From: Selaginella moellendorffii
Lineage: Eukaryota > Plantae > Lycopodiophyta
Assembly (NCBI RefSeq): GCF_000143415.4
Contig: NW_003314272.1
Coordinates: forward strand, 2,381,728 to 2,445,727
Reading direction: 5' to 3'
Length of the DNA: 64,000 bases
The position numbers were made by a program, and so were the translations under genes. Positions within the stretch are counted from its first letter, which is position 1; every line of letters begins with the position of its first letter. Below are positions 47,101 through 58,168 of the stretch, piece by piece. Under the pieces are notes generated by a model. It had not been told where the DNA came from, ran no database searches, and was given only the letters and a program-made list of their open reading frames with translations.

Positions 47101-48499
47101 AAAATGTTCTAGAATTTAAGTCTAGGAGTAAAGATGTTGGCTCAAAGGAGCAAAAAGTTTGGCCATTAGTCCAGCTTGAAAACATATTCAGTGTCAAGGA
47201 TGATATGGATGGAGTATGTAAGTCCAATGGGATATGATAAGAGCTAAAGTCATATGTTAGTTTGAGAGGTGATGAACCATGAGTGCTAGTCTATCTCGAG
47301 AGCAACCATTTTAGGGATTTGGAAAGACACTTCAGTTTTTGCTACAAATTTAAACATCTTAAATTCAATACATTATAATCACATTTTAGATCTAATACAT
47401 CTATGAGTGCCTTAATATTGCTTTCTTTTAAAAAGTCACATTATGTCTTGCATTGGCTAATGATAAAAACCCTTATATATTGAGTCTAATCCCTCAATAT
47501 CATTATATGATGATAAAATATTGCTAGGCATCAATTTTGCCTAAAGGAGTTATTTAACTATACATGTATAAAAGATGAATATAATTTTTGATAGGAAAAA
47601 AATGAACTCTCAGGTTGTATAATGTAAAGTTATACATGTTATCATGTCATGGACAAATAAAATATAAGTTCTTCTCTAATTGCATAATAAGAAATTGCAA
47701 CTCACTAATGCCACAAGCACACCATGATGAGGGGCTCAAGCTATGTAATTTCACTTGCTACTTCAGCCTCCCCCTCATCACATTGAGCCTTTGCCTTAAC
47801 CTCCACACAAGAGGGCTCCAACTCATGCTATGGATCCTCTATCTCATATAGAATCTTGACATAGGGCCTTCTCACAAGGAGCCTCCACCTCCTCTTCCAT
47901 CTCACGTGGAGGAGGAACCTTGTCTTCACACAAGGCTTCTTCATAGGAAGTCTCCAGTAAAGCCTCCACCTTCTTCAGCGAAGGCCACTTCCAGCTTTTC
48001 CTCCATTTTTATGTGGAGGAGGAACTTCTACTTCCACCTTCACCATACATGGAATTTGCACCACCTCGTTGCTTGGAATAACTACCTTGTCCACCTTAGA
48101 AGCTCCATTCACATCCTTACTTAGATGTTCCAGCTCTTCATATGATGGCTTCTCATGTAGAGCTTCATAGTCAGCCATCTCTGTGTTATGTTGTTCCTTG
48201 GATGTAGTACCAGCCCATTCTATGGGAATGTTTCTTGTGCAATACCAATTGGTGCATTCAAATGTAAAATGTTTTATTTCTATAACCATGGATATGTGCT
48301 TTTGATATGATACAGTGTTACACTCACGTGTAAAACAAAAGCTTGCTTTAATAAGGAAAGACAGTGCTAAAGCTCATGTTGTTATTATTAATGTCAAGAT
48401 GGTTCTCCAAACATATCTGTTATGTTAGTAGCTCAAAAAGGAAAAATTGTGCACCTGGCAAAGCTTGTGGCCTTAGCCGTGCTTCTGTCCAAGAGAATC

Positions 48500-50500
48500 A
48501 TTTCCAGAGGATGGTGCTCGAGTCAAGAATCTCTTCCAGCCCTGATTCAGGATGGTAGGTAACACAGGGGTTTTCGGCAAGGATTTTTAGCGGCCATTTC
48601 GTACAGCTGTGCAAGAACGCACTGGGTTGAAATATTATATCGACAGAAACAGCTGTAGAGATATTTCCACCAAGCAAAAAGCAAAAATACTTCATGTCAG
48701 CTGTGTACTGGAGGTGGAAAATTAAAATCAGCCCTCCATGGATTCGCAGCTCCCCATGGCCATCGATTTTTCGGAGCAACCATGAGAAGTCTAAGCTAGG
48801 AATCGTCTGTACGGTAAGATTGCACGGCTTTTCTACGTCTGAAGCGCCTTAAAATCCACTCGGCTCTCACCTTGAGGAACTCGGTCACACTGTAGTACCT
48901 TTTAAGCTCGTCTTGATCAACAGGAAGCATATTTGTGTGCTCCTTGTCAGTGAACTTGTACACGTCCACCGCTGCAAAGAGAAAATTGAGCCTTGGAACC
49001 GATTCAAACCACAGGAAATGGTCTAAGCAGACGGCAAAATCGTGATCCTCCACAATATCCACGTCCTGAGGCTTGCAGATAACAACAGGAACTCGAAGAG
49101 CACGGCAGACGGGGATTCGCATACTCATGACAAATTGGTATTTTCCCATCTTGACCCTGCACGAATGAATAAATGGATGGGACTCGCTATGGGCACGTAT
49201 GGCATCCCGTCTTTGGCGTCGCTCAATATACGATAGAACACGCTCCTGAAAGCCAAGTGGTGACGCCTGTAGAGAAACGGCCCAAAATGAGAAAAACAAA
49301 ACAAGGATTTGGTTTCAACTCACCAAAACTTGGCGTTCACTTTCAGGTTCCCTATCGGTGTTTGAACAAGCAAGATTGCAATCTGCGAAAAACCAACGTA
49401 ATCGATCAGATGCAAAGACATGAGATGTGTAGGAGGCTTACACTGGACATTGCTGAAGGCGTGGTAGACAGGGAGAGTGGATTTGCAGAGCCAAAGCCTC
49501 GCGTGTGTTGCGCAGTCGAACAGTGCAAACAAGTGGGAGAGGAATGCCGACTGAGGAGGCCTTTGAGTACAGAGACTATCCAAAAGACCGGTGCCCTCCT
49601 CGTCGTGCATGGCGGAAAACAGTTTCTTGGCCTGTCCAGAGCCAAGGCCACCCCAATTCGCGACTGGCAACTGCGACCCCAGTCGAAAGTACTCGTCCCA
49701 CTCTTCCTTGCTCAGACTAACAGTCTCCCTGTTGTAGCAGTCCATCACTTCGTCCGCAAGGCAGCGCAACTCACTCACGCATCCAGGCCCAGCCTCGATA
49801 TGATCCCTTATACAAACCAAAGCGGTGGCACAGTTTGGACCCTGAAGGGAAAAGCGTAGTCGACGAACATCACCATCACCGTCGATTCAGTACCTCAACT
49901 CGACTTGGAAAAGAACAAAAGTAATCCGAATGGACGATTTCTGTCACTATGTCAGTGACACTCGTGAAAGTGGGCCTGAAGTTAAATTGTTGGATATGAA
50001 GAGTTGCAAGCTTAAGCTTACCCGAGTTGCATGGACTCATATGGCATCGTCCAAATCCTCTCCACAGTAGCAAACGCCGGGGAATCGTCCTCAAGGAAAG
50101 CAGATTCACCAAGAACCTGGCCGACCAGGACAAGACGATGCAGATTATCGGAGCTCGCCGTATGGAGATGGGCTAGGCAGGCTTGGAACTCTGCGTGATT
50201 GTTTGAGAGGCAGCGCGAGATGTAGAGCACCGCCAGCAGATTGAAGAGCTCTGGATCATAGGCAAACGGGAGCCAGCAGTCTGATCTCCACACAGTCATG
50301 GCCTCGTGAGCGCACTCGGCCTCGCGAAGATCCTCCTCGGCTAGGCTCACGATTTTAGACATAATCTCGTCCCCCAGGGCTGGAAAACGCAACTCCTGCT
50401 GCGCCTTTCGGAGATGGAGCAGCGCAGCCCATTCGCCAGCTGATCTCCTCCTCAGCCCCGATCTCGCATCCTTGCACTCCGCCTCTAGAAGCTTCTCCAT
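48500..50500 (-). CDS. Multi-exon hypothetical protein, family not recognised
   Basis: Successive coding-like ORFs (50018-50500, 49320-49820, 48796-49299) separated by GT-AG segments (e.g. CGG|GTAAGC near 50020, TGG|GTGAGT near 49320); exact exon structure and 3' end uncertain. Confidence 0.55.
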
Positions 50501-50816
50501 ACCTAATTTGATGTATCACTCTCGTTTTAAAGCCAATTTGAGAAAATTACTTGGTGAAAAACTTGGTGAAAGAAGGTTTAATGATTTACGATGGTAATAT
50601 ATTCAAATTTTATCTTATGATCATCATTACAGAATGTATTTTTTTATTCATGCAACTTTACATGCAACAAATTTTGGTGATAGCCCGTGTTATATATCTG
50701 ATGAATTTAAGGAGTTTAATATAATTTTAAATTTTGAAAAGACAATGGGGCGCCAAATGCGTGTCCTAGGGTTTTGTGTGCTAGAATGAGGAGGAGGAGG
50801 AGCGGCGGAGGAGGGC

Positions 50817-51916
50817 ATGGATGCCCTGCCCGATCACATCCTCGTCCAATGCTTGGCGTGGCTGCCGCCGCAGCACCAGGCCGCTGCGCGCCTCGTCTGC
50901 CGCCGCTTCCACGATTTGCTCCGCCACGGCCGAGCGCTGCGCTACAGCCTCTGCCGGAGCCGCTTGGAGCCATGGCTGTGCGTGCTGGGCGGCGTCCAGG
51001 TGAGGGATTTCGCGATTTCGCGATTTCTGACTAGGGCTCTCTCAATCTACAGGAGAACAAGGGGCATCTTCTAGCTGAGATGTATCATCCTCTAGAGGGC
51101 CGCTGGCGCTCGCTGCCGGCGGCACCTTCTAGCTCCTGCCACAACGTCCCTTGCGTGGCCTTCGATGGCCGGCTCTATGTCGTGGGTGGCTTCACGGGGA
51201 GACCCCAAATGGCCGTCTATGACTTTGAGCACAACGTTTGGGAGGAGGCCGCGGCTATGCTCGAGCCCAGGGAGGCCTTCGCTTGCGGTGTGATAGAGGG
51301 AAGGATTTACGTCGCTGGTGGGCTTTGCCGGCACTACTCCACGGAGAATGCCCGACTCAGGTCTGCGGAAGTCTATCACCCAGAGAAGAATTCGTGGCTA
51401 AGGCTGCCACCCATGAAAGAGAAGAGAAGCTGCTGTGCTTCGGCCGTCGCTGGTGACAAGCTCTACGTGATCGGTGGCTACAGCACTCCGTTGATCCTCA
51501 CGTCCGTCGAGGTTTTCGATCCTCGCGAGGGGAGCTGGGAGACTTGCTCGGAGAGGCAGGAGCCTTGGATCATAGTTGGCTGTGCGGCGATCGGGCCTTT
51601 TATCTACGTGGTCGGTTCGAAGTTCACGGACATGGATAGGCTGGAGCTCCAAGTTTATGACACTATCCGGGGAGAATGGGAAGACAAGGGAACTATACCG
51701 GTTTCCAAGCTTCTTCATGGAGCACGATGCAGCTTGTGGGGCTCCGCGGTCGTTGCAATGGCCGGAAACTTGTACATAGCGGGAGGATCGAGCTCCTACG
51801 ATGGTGGGGGACTTGATTCTGTCATCGTCTACATTCCTGCGAGGAGAGAATGGATCAGTTTGCCGCAGATGCGTAGCCGAAGGCACGCGTGCGCTGGAGC
51901 GGTGATCTATCTCTAG
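50817..51916 (+). CDS. F-box/kelch-repeat protein (exons 50817-50999, 51053-51916)
   Basis: LPDHILVQCLAWLP...VCRRF F-box; kelch repeats LYVVGG, IYVAGG, LYVIGG, LYIAGG; a 53-nt GT-AG intron restores the frame. Confidence 0.93.
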
Positions 51917-52070
51917 CAGCAGACACACAATTATGGTTCGTTTTCTTTCCTTGCTTCTGGGGTTCTATACTCACGCTACCACTACACAGGTTGGTCGAGA
52001 TATCTAAAAAATTCAAACCTTTAATTATATACAACAGGCAGACACTTCTTTCATACGATCACATCTTTAT

Positions 52071-53708
52071 CTACGAAGTGGTGGTGGTGGTGGAGTCTTT
52101 GTGTTGAGCACGGTCACGGTGTTTCGGGCTAAGATGCAGCTTGTCCATCATCTTCGCCATCAGTCCTTCCTTCTTCACGTTGTCATCCCGGGGACCTTCT
52201 TTATGAACACCGTGGGAGTCTTTATACTCACCTCCACCCTCGTTCTGGCCAGTCGGAGTGTCGTGACGAGCATTTGGTGGCGCTGGAGTGCTCGCAGCAC
52301 CGGGAGTGGAGTACTGCTCCGCTCCCTTGTAGCTCTCCGGAGGATACATCTCTTCTTGGACAGCCTTCGATGGATCATGAGTTCCAGCAGCGGACTTCTG
52401 ATAATTCGGATCTCCAGCACCGTACGCAGTTCCAGTTGCATGATCTCCAGCACCGTACTCAGTTCCAGTTCCAGCAGCGGACTTCTGATAATTCGGATCT
52501 CCAGCACCGTACTCAGTTCCAGTTCCAGCAGCGGACTTCTGATAATTCGGATCTCCAGCACCGTACGCAGTTCCAGTTGCATGATCTCCAGCACCATACT
52601 CAGTTCCAGTTCCAGCACCGGACTTCTGATAATTCGGATCTCCAGCACCGTACTCAGTTCCAGTTCCAGCAGCGGACTTCTGATAATTCGGATCTCCAGC
52701 ACCGTACGCAGTTCCAGTTGCATGATCTCCAGCACCGTACTCAGTTCCAGTTCCAGGACCAGTCTTCTCTCCGCCATTATAAGTCGTTCCCATCAAACCT
52801 CCAGTACCAGGCTCGGCGACGTTCTGTCCACCATAGTGCTGCTGCTCTGGATTATACGTAGTACCCTCGTGACCAGGCTTGCCAACATTCTGGTATCTCG
52901 AGGCCTTCTCTTCACCATAAGGTCCAGGACCAGTAGAGTAACTCTCCGGAGTACCAGCGTCAGGACGATTAGAAGCAAAGTGGGTCTCTCCAGGTCGATC
53001 ACTGGTAACAGATGCTTTGGACATACCTGGAGGAGGAACTGGTCGAGGCCACTTGGTATCATGCTCGCCTTGGAACTTCCCAGCGTAGTCCTCCTCGCCA
53101 GGAACAGCACCCCCAGTGGTGGCGTGTCCGGTAGCAGCACCGTATCCAGGCTTCTGCCCAGTCAAGGCGTCCTTCATCTTGCCGACGAATCCAGGACTCT
53201 TTGACTGCTGCTCGGGTGGAACTCCAGTCCCCTGGCCAGCAGGAACTCCATGAAGCTGATCGTGAGCTCCTCCAGGTCCCTGGCCAGCAGGAACTCCATG
53301 AACTTGATCGTGAGACGAGCTTTTCGGGCCACCACCGACGGCGCCTTTCACCGCGTCCTTCATCTTCTCGCCCATTCCGCGGTGACGCTGGTCGGCCCCG
53401 GCTGGAGCAACGTAGCCGGACTCCGTCGTGGAGGCCGAGAAGGGCTCGTGCCCGTGGCCGATGTTGGTGTCGTGCGTCGCCTCGAGGGGATGGTGGTGCT
53501 GCTGCTGCCCGGACTGGGGATTTACCGCCTCGGTGTCGCCATATCCTGCGTTCTTACCAAAGTGGACGCCGCGATCTCCAGGAGCTTGCGACGGCCTCTC
53601 CGAGCTGGGCTGCCCGAGGTGCCCAACTGCGTCCGAGTGAGCGACGTAGGGGCTGTTCTCCTGCTGATCCATGCCGGATTGATCGCGAATTTGCTGCTCG
53701 TAAGACAT
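52071..53708 (-). CDS. Hydrophilic Gly/Thr-rich LEA, dehydrin-like protein
   Basis: K-segment-like motifs RGMGEKMKDAV, GFVGKMKDAL, KKEGLMAKMMDKL; tandem GTGTEYGAGD repeats (52380-52755); ABRE/DRE motifs upstream. Confidence 0.75.
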   Translation of the reverse strand: MSYEQQIRDQSGMDQQENSPYVAHSDAVGHLGQPSSERPSQAPGDRGVHFGKNAGYGDTEAVNPQSGQQQHHHPLEATHDTNIGHGHEPFSASTTESGYVAPAGADQRHRGMGEKMKDAVKGAVGGGPKSSSHDQVHGVPAGQGPGGAHDQLHGVPAGQGTGVPPEQQSKSPGFVGKMKDALTGQKPGYGAATGHATTGGAVPGEEDYAGKFQGEHDTKWPRPVPPPGMSKASVTSDRPGETHFASNRPDAGTPESYSTGPGPYGEEKASRYQNVGKPGHEGTTYNPEQQHYGGQNVAEPGTGGLMGTTYNGGEKTGPGTGTEYGAGDHATGTAYGAGDPNYQKSAAGTGTEYGAGDPNYQKSGAGTGTEYGAGDHATGTAYGAGDPNYQKSAAGTGTEYGAGDPNYQKSAAGTGTEYGAGDHATGTAYGAGDPNYQKSAAGTHDPSKAVQEEMYPPESYKGAEQYSTPGAASTPAPPNARHDTPTGQNEGGGEYKDSHGVHKEGPRDDNVKKEGLMAKMMDKLHLSPKHRDRAQHKDSTTTTTS

Positions 53709-53744
53709 TGCAATTCCTTCACACGATTGGATTTGGATTTCCTC

Positions 53745-53870
53745 TCATTTTATACGAAGAAGTGGGACGCGTGCACTTCCATCGCTATCTTTCCAAGTGG
53801 CATTTCTCGCCAGTAATAAGACACGTGTCCAGGGCTAGACACGTCAAGGGGTATCGTGGCACCGACACAT
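53745..53870. promoter_or_regulatory. Compact divergent promoter with TATA (- strand, ~53750), ABRE/G-box (ACACGTGTC 53821, ACACGTC 53839) and DRE/CRT (ACCGAC 53861)
   Basis: Motifs seen between ATGs only ~230 bp apart; consistent with a stress-induced LEA gene. Confidence 0.65.
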
Positions 53871-53938
53871 TCGTAAGCGATAAGCACGGGTTTTGTTTAG
53901 CGCTAATCAACCAACAGGGGTGCTTAGGGTTTATCAGC

Positions 53939-55279
53939 ATGCAGCAGGCGCTACTGCTCCTCCCCCACGCCCGGCTCGTCGCCGCCGCGCCGCTGCGCGC
54001 GCGATCCCAGCTCCAGCACCGGCCCCGAGGTAATCTCTTGAATCTTCTCCAGGCGCATTCTTCTTCTCCGAGGCAATTCACCACTTCTTCGATCCAATTC
54101 AAGAATTCCAATGTGTCGTCAATCAAGGCGCAGGCTCAGTATGGAACAAGAGAAGCGTCAGGGTTTGGATCGAGCTACACGACTACTGTGGATGCAGCGG
54201 AGATCAACATGCGAAACCTGGTCAGTAAAAATGCCGAATTTTAGTTCTTTCTTTTCTCTAGAAATCGTTTTTCTTGAAGAAGCTTTTCGGAAGTTCTTGT
54301 GAAGTTCTGACTCTCCCCTTTTTCTTTCTCTTTCGCAGGTCGCAAAGCGTCTCGAAGAGACTGCTCGCCATTTCAAGACGATGGGATCGCTCGGATTTTG
54401 GAGCCAGTTCCTGTGCACTCTAGTCTCCGCGGCAATTCTCGCATTCTCGATCTTTGTTAGCGGGACTGCCACAGCGACTGTGACCAAGTATCTCACGGCA
54501 GCGGGGATTGCCGTGGGATTTATCTCGGTGTTCCGCTCCTTTGGATACATGCGATTGTCTGGAAGGCTAGAAAGCGCTATGAGCGATCCCTCAAAGGTAA
54601 AAACTTAGTTTCTTTTCTTTTCTTTGTTCGTTTTCTCGTTTAGTTTTTTTCCATTCTTTGTTGGTTTTCTTGTTTAGTTTGTTCTTTCCTTTGTTGGTTT
54701 TTCGTAAGCTAGCTTTTAACTTCCTGTTTTCGTACAGGCTCCTCCCAGAACGGAGGTCATTGACAAGCTCAAAACCGGGATCATAGTCAACGTTCTCGGC
54801 CTAGCGTCAACGGTGGTCGGCTTGCAGGCAACGGTGGGGCTGCTCGTTGCAAAGGCGTTGAACTCCCCGGCAACGCCGTTCTTGCAAGGCCCCTACGCGG
54901 GCCAGAGCCCAGTGCTAGCTCTCGACGTCTTCCTCGTCCAGGTATCGTCCTCGCCCATCCGCCTTGAATTCGTCTAGATTTCCGAGCGACAGAAGAGAGC
55001 ATTAACTCTCCCGTCTTCACTCTCTCGCGCTTGCATTGCATTACGTCCATTCCATCCATGCTGTAACTTGTCGAGTCCTCTGCCCACTTCTCAGGGAAAA
55101 CAGCGAAGAAGGAAGCTGTGCTAATGCTCCGTGCTCTTCTCTCTCTGCTTTGTTTACAGGCCTGTGCCAACGCGCTCCTCTCTCACTTTCTGGGCCTCGT
55201 TTTCAACTTGGAGCTGCTGAGATCGGTGTCGGACAAGCCGCCACCTCCGCAAAAGGTGACGGTCCAGGCCGCGGCTTGA
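53939..55279 (+). CDS. TIC21: Chloroplast inner-envelope TIC21/PIC1 (exons ~53939-54220, 54339-54596, 54738-54941, 55160-55279)
   Basis: Transit-peptide-like N-terminus; KRLEETARHFK.MGSLGFWSQ, GLQATVGLLVAKAL, PVLALDVFLVQA.AN.LLSHFLGLV..LELLRSV. Confidence 0.92.
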
Positions 55280-56448
55280 GCAGAAAAAAAAAAAAGGACG
55301 AGAAAAAAGGAACGAGAAAGAAAAAACGAGAAGAGAAGAGCTGTACATTTTACACTGAGAAAGCGTACGTACGGACGTGTCCCGATCTGGCGGCTGCGGT
55401 GGTCCTTGCGACGGGCGCCGTCGGATGCGTACGGTGCGTTTGATTGGCCCATGTGGGGGCATGTGCTACTGGCTGGATTGAAATCCCGTGATGCGGCATT
55501 TGCGCTTCTTACACACTTGTGCGTGTGTTTGTCTTTTGTTGGATTTTTCTATAGTTTTTTATAAATCTTATAATTCTTGCTCATAAAATTGCTTTCTGTG
55601 AAAAAGAATAAAAATTGCCAGAAATTTCAGTAGCTCTGCTGGCTGGGAATCAAAATGCTTATAACGTTTATGTCTGGAAGTTGGAGATCTTCCTGCGGAT
55701 CTCGCTTGGTGAATTTACTCCCACGCACTTAACAGAGAAAGCAAAAACAAAAGAAAAAAAATTGCAATTACTCCCACGCATTTAACGGAGAAAGCAAGAA
55801 AACAAAAGAAAAAAATCGCAAGAAAAAAAAAAAACCGAAGAAATAGATAAATAAAAATTTTAAAAAAACTTGCTGCCACAATCCACATGCACCCCCCTGC
55901 TGTGAGGCTTGGCCCGTTATCGTTTTCGCGTTTGGTTGGAGGATGGGATGGAAAACCTTTGCTCTTGCTGTTGTTAACTTTGATTGCTCGCTCCTGTCCA
56001 ATTGATTGATTGATTGATTGAGCTTGGGGCTCGATCGCCCTGGTGGTTCCAGCCTGGGAAATGGAATGCTCTCCTCCACACACATGATCCAGAGAGAGAG
56101 CGAGTGAATTTAAGCCCATAGCCAGGGAAGCGGTACTCTTTTGGCTTTGCTTTCCCATTGATTAAGCCGCGTCGCGGTCGTTGCCTTTGCGATGCTCTCA
56201 ATCCACTCCAGCGAGAGAGGAAGTGTGAGATTGAAGGAGGAAAACTCCTCTCTTAATGGACGGGTGTATAAAAAGCCACTCGCGCTTCACTGTTCACGAC
56301 CGCGAGCCTCGCAAAGATCTTTTATTTTTGTGCGTGTGCTGAATCTTCCCCCCTCCAAGGTTCTCTCGTGTCACTCTAGAATATAGCAAGATCTTTGTTG
56401 TTTAATCGGTGGATGTAACTTATATATCGATCGATCAAGGTGAGAGGA

Positions 56449-56940
56449 ATGGAGGAGTACTATGGAAGGAAGTATGCCGGCTATCTCCTCCCTTCCCTGG
56501 CCACGGTGATGAGGAGCTCGTCGAGCTTGAGCGTGGACGAGAGAGATCAGGTGATAAGATTGGTCGCGGATGGATCGCTGGCGGCCACTGCTCGAGGAAC
56601 TAGCTGCTGCTGGAGTGGAGCTCTGGCTCGCCAGGTTCTTGGAGGAGATCGTCGCCGAGTCCATCGAGCTCGCAGAGCTTCCGGATCATCTAGAGTGTGG
56701 AGCTGTGTGTCCAAGAGGAGGAGCCGGGTATGCCTGAGGCGGAGCTTGCGAAAGTCTCGGCGGCGGCAATCATGCGAGATCACGGACGGTCGCATTGAAG
56801 TGCTCAAGGATTTGATTCCCGGAGGCCGGCTCGTGAAGAGCTCGGCGGTGTTGCTCCAGGAGGCGGTGGATTACATGATGTTCTTGGAGGTCCAGGTGGG
56901 AGTTTTGAGCTCCTTGGCCGCGGGAGTGATCGATCTATAA
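56449..56940 (+). CDS. Atypical non-DNA-binding bHLH, IBH1/AIF-like
   Basis: ADGSLAATARG...WS.AL motif, then LKDLIPGG...LLQEAVDYMMFLEVQV..L..L. Confidence 0.85.
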   Translation: MEEYYGRKYAGYLLPSLATVMRSSSSLSVDERDQVIRLVADGSLAATARGTSCCWSGALARQVLGGDRRRVHRARRASGSSRVWSCVSKRRSRVCLRRSLRKSRRRQSCEITDGRIEVLKDLIPGGRLVKSSAVLLQEAVDYMMFLEVQVGVLSSLAAGVIDL

Positions 56941-57137
56941 GTTGGATTCGTGATTTCTTTTTGGCTCTCTTCGCAAGGAAGAGGAAAGTTGTTCCACTGT
57001 TCTTGGGAAGCAAGTTGGTTCTTCTTTGAATCAAAAGAAAAAAAAAAAGAAAACTCACCTTTTGTAACTTGTTAAAAGTCAAAAGGGTGAAAAGGCCGGC
57101 GCCCAAAACTTTTTTTTAGGGCTCCTCGTTCCAAGCG

Positions 57138-57801
57138 ATGGCGGCGACGGCAATGGCCACGCTAGCGGCGGCGGCGGGGGCATCGCCCCAGCTGCGCTTC
57201 ATGAGCGCCGCGCAGCTACTGGCGCTGCGCGGATCGCCGGAAGTAGCGATCATCGATGTCCGGTAAGAAGGAAATGCGTAGCGAATTTTCACGCATTGCC
57301 GAGCCCTTGAGAGATCTCTCCTTCCTTTCCCAGGGACGAGGATGAGCGAGCCTACGATGGCCACATAGCTGGCTCCCTCCACTGCGAGAGTCACAGTTTC
57401 CAAGACGATATGCCGCGACTGCTGCAAGATTTGAGCCGCCACAAGACGGTCGTTTTCCACTGCGCATTGAGCCAGGTATAATTCACATCTCTTTCCACGG
57501 AAGATCTAGCAGCAAGAACTACTTTCTAGCTCAACTATTCTCATCTACTGCTACTAGACTAGATATTCTTCCTTCTAAAGTTCTTTTTCTTTTCTCTTCG
57601 GGATTGGTGATTCTCATGTTTGGATTGGATAATCAGGTTCGCGGACCAAAGTGTGCCAAGGCTTTCCTCCACTCGATTTCCAGCAGTGGTGGCGGTCCCG
57701 AAGTTTTCGTGCTGGAGAGAGGATTCAATGGCTGGGCTCAATACGGCCACCCGCAGTGCTCCTGCAAGGAGTTGAAGAGATGCATCGCTTTGCTCGAGTG
57801 A
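57138..57801 (+). CDS. CDC25: Rhodanese-fold CDC25-like phosphatase/arsenate reductase ACR2 (3 exons)
   Basis: IIDVR|[16 protein letters not shown]...VVFHCALSQ|VRGPKCA...VLERGFNGW; HCX5R site; GT-AG introns. Confidence 0.92.
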
Positions 57802-58168
57802 CAAAAACAAATCTAGGCCACCACCAACTTAAAAAACACTCACAGGTGACTTTGAAACTTTACTTCCTCGGGACTATTACTCTTTCGTAGATGATCTTCG
57901 ATCGGATCGAGAAGCCAAAAAAGCAAAACAGGATGGAGGCCAAGGGGGAGGGATCGCTCGATTGAATCTATGGCTCGTCAAATCAGCAAAACCTGTAATC
58001 ATGTGGAGCAAAAGTTTAGTTTTGGCAATGCTATGATGCAAATCCTTTGGCACGCCTTGTTTGTGTGAGTGCTGGCTTAACTTTTATAAAGCTCGCTCGC
58101 TCGCTTTCTCTTTCTTTGTGTAATTTTCCCTTTTTTTTCGCTCTTTGTTTCTTTCCGTGTACGGTGGA

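Noticed and set aside
52101-53204. Antisense and alternative-frame ORFs over the LEA-like gene; likewise over KNOX and the PPR
   Set aside because: Shadows of repetitive or GC-rich coding sequence.
55712-55820. ~54-bp tandem duplication
   Set aside because: Ordinary local duplication in intergenic DNA.
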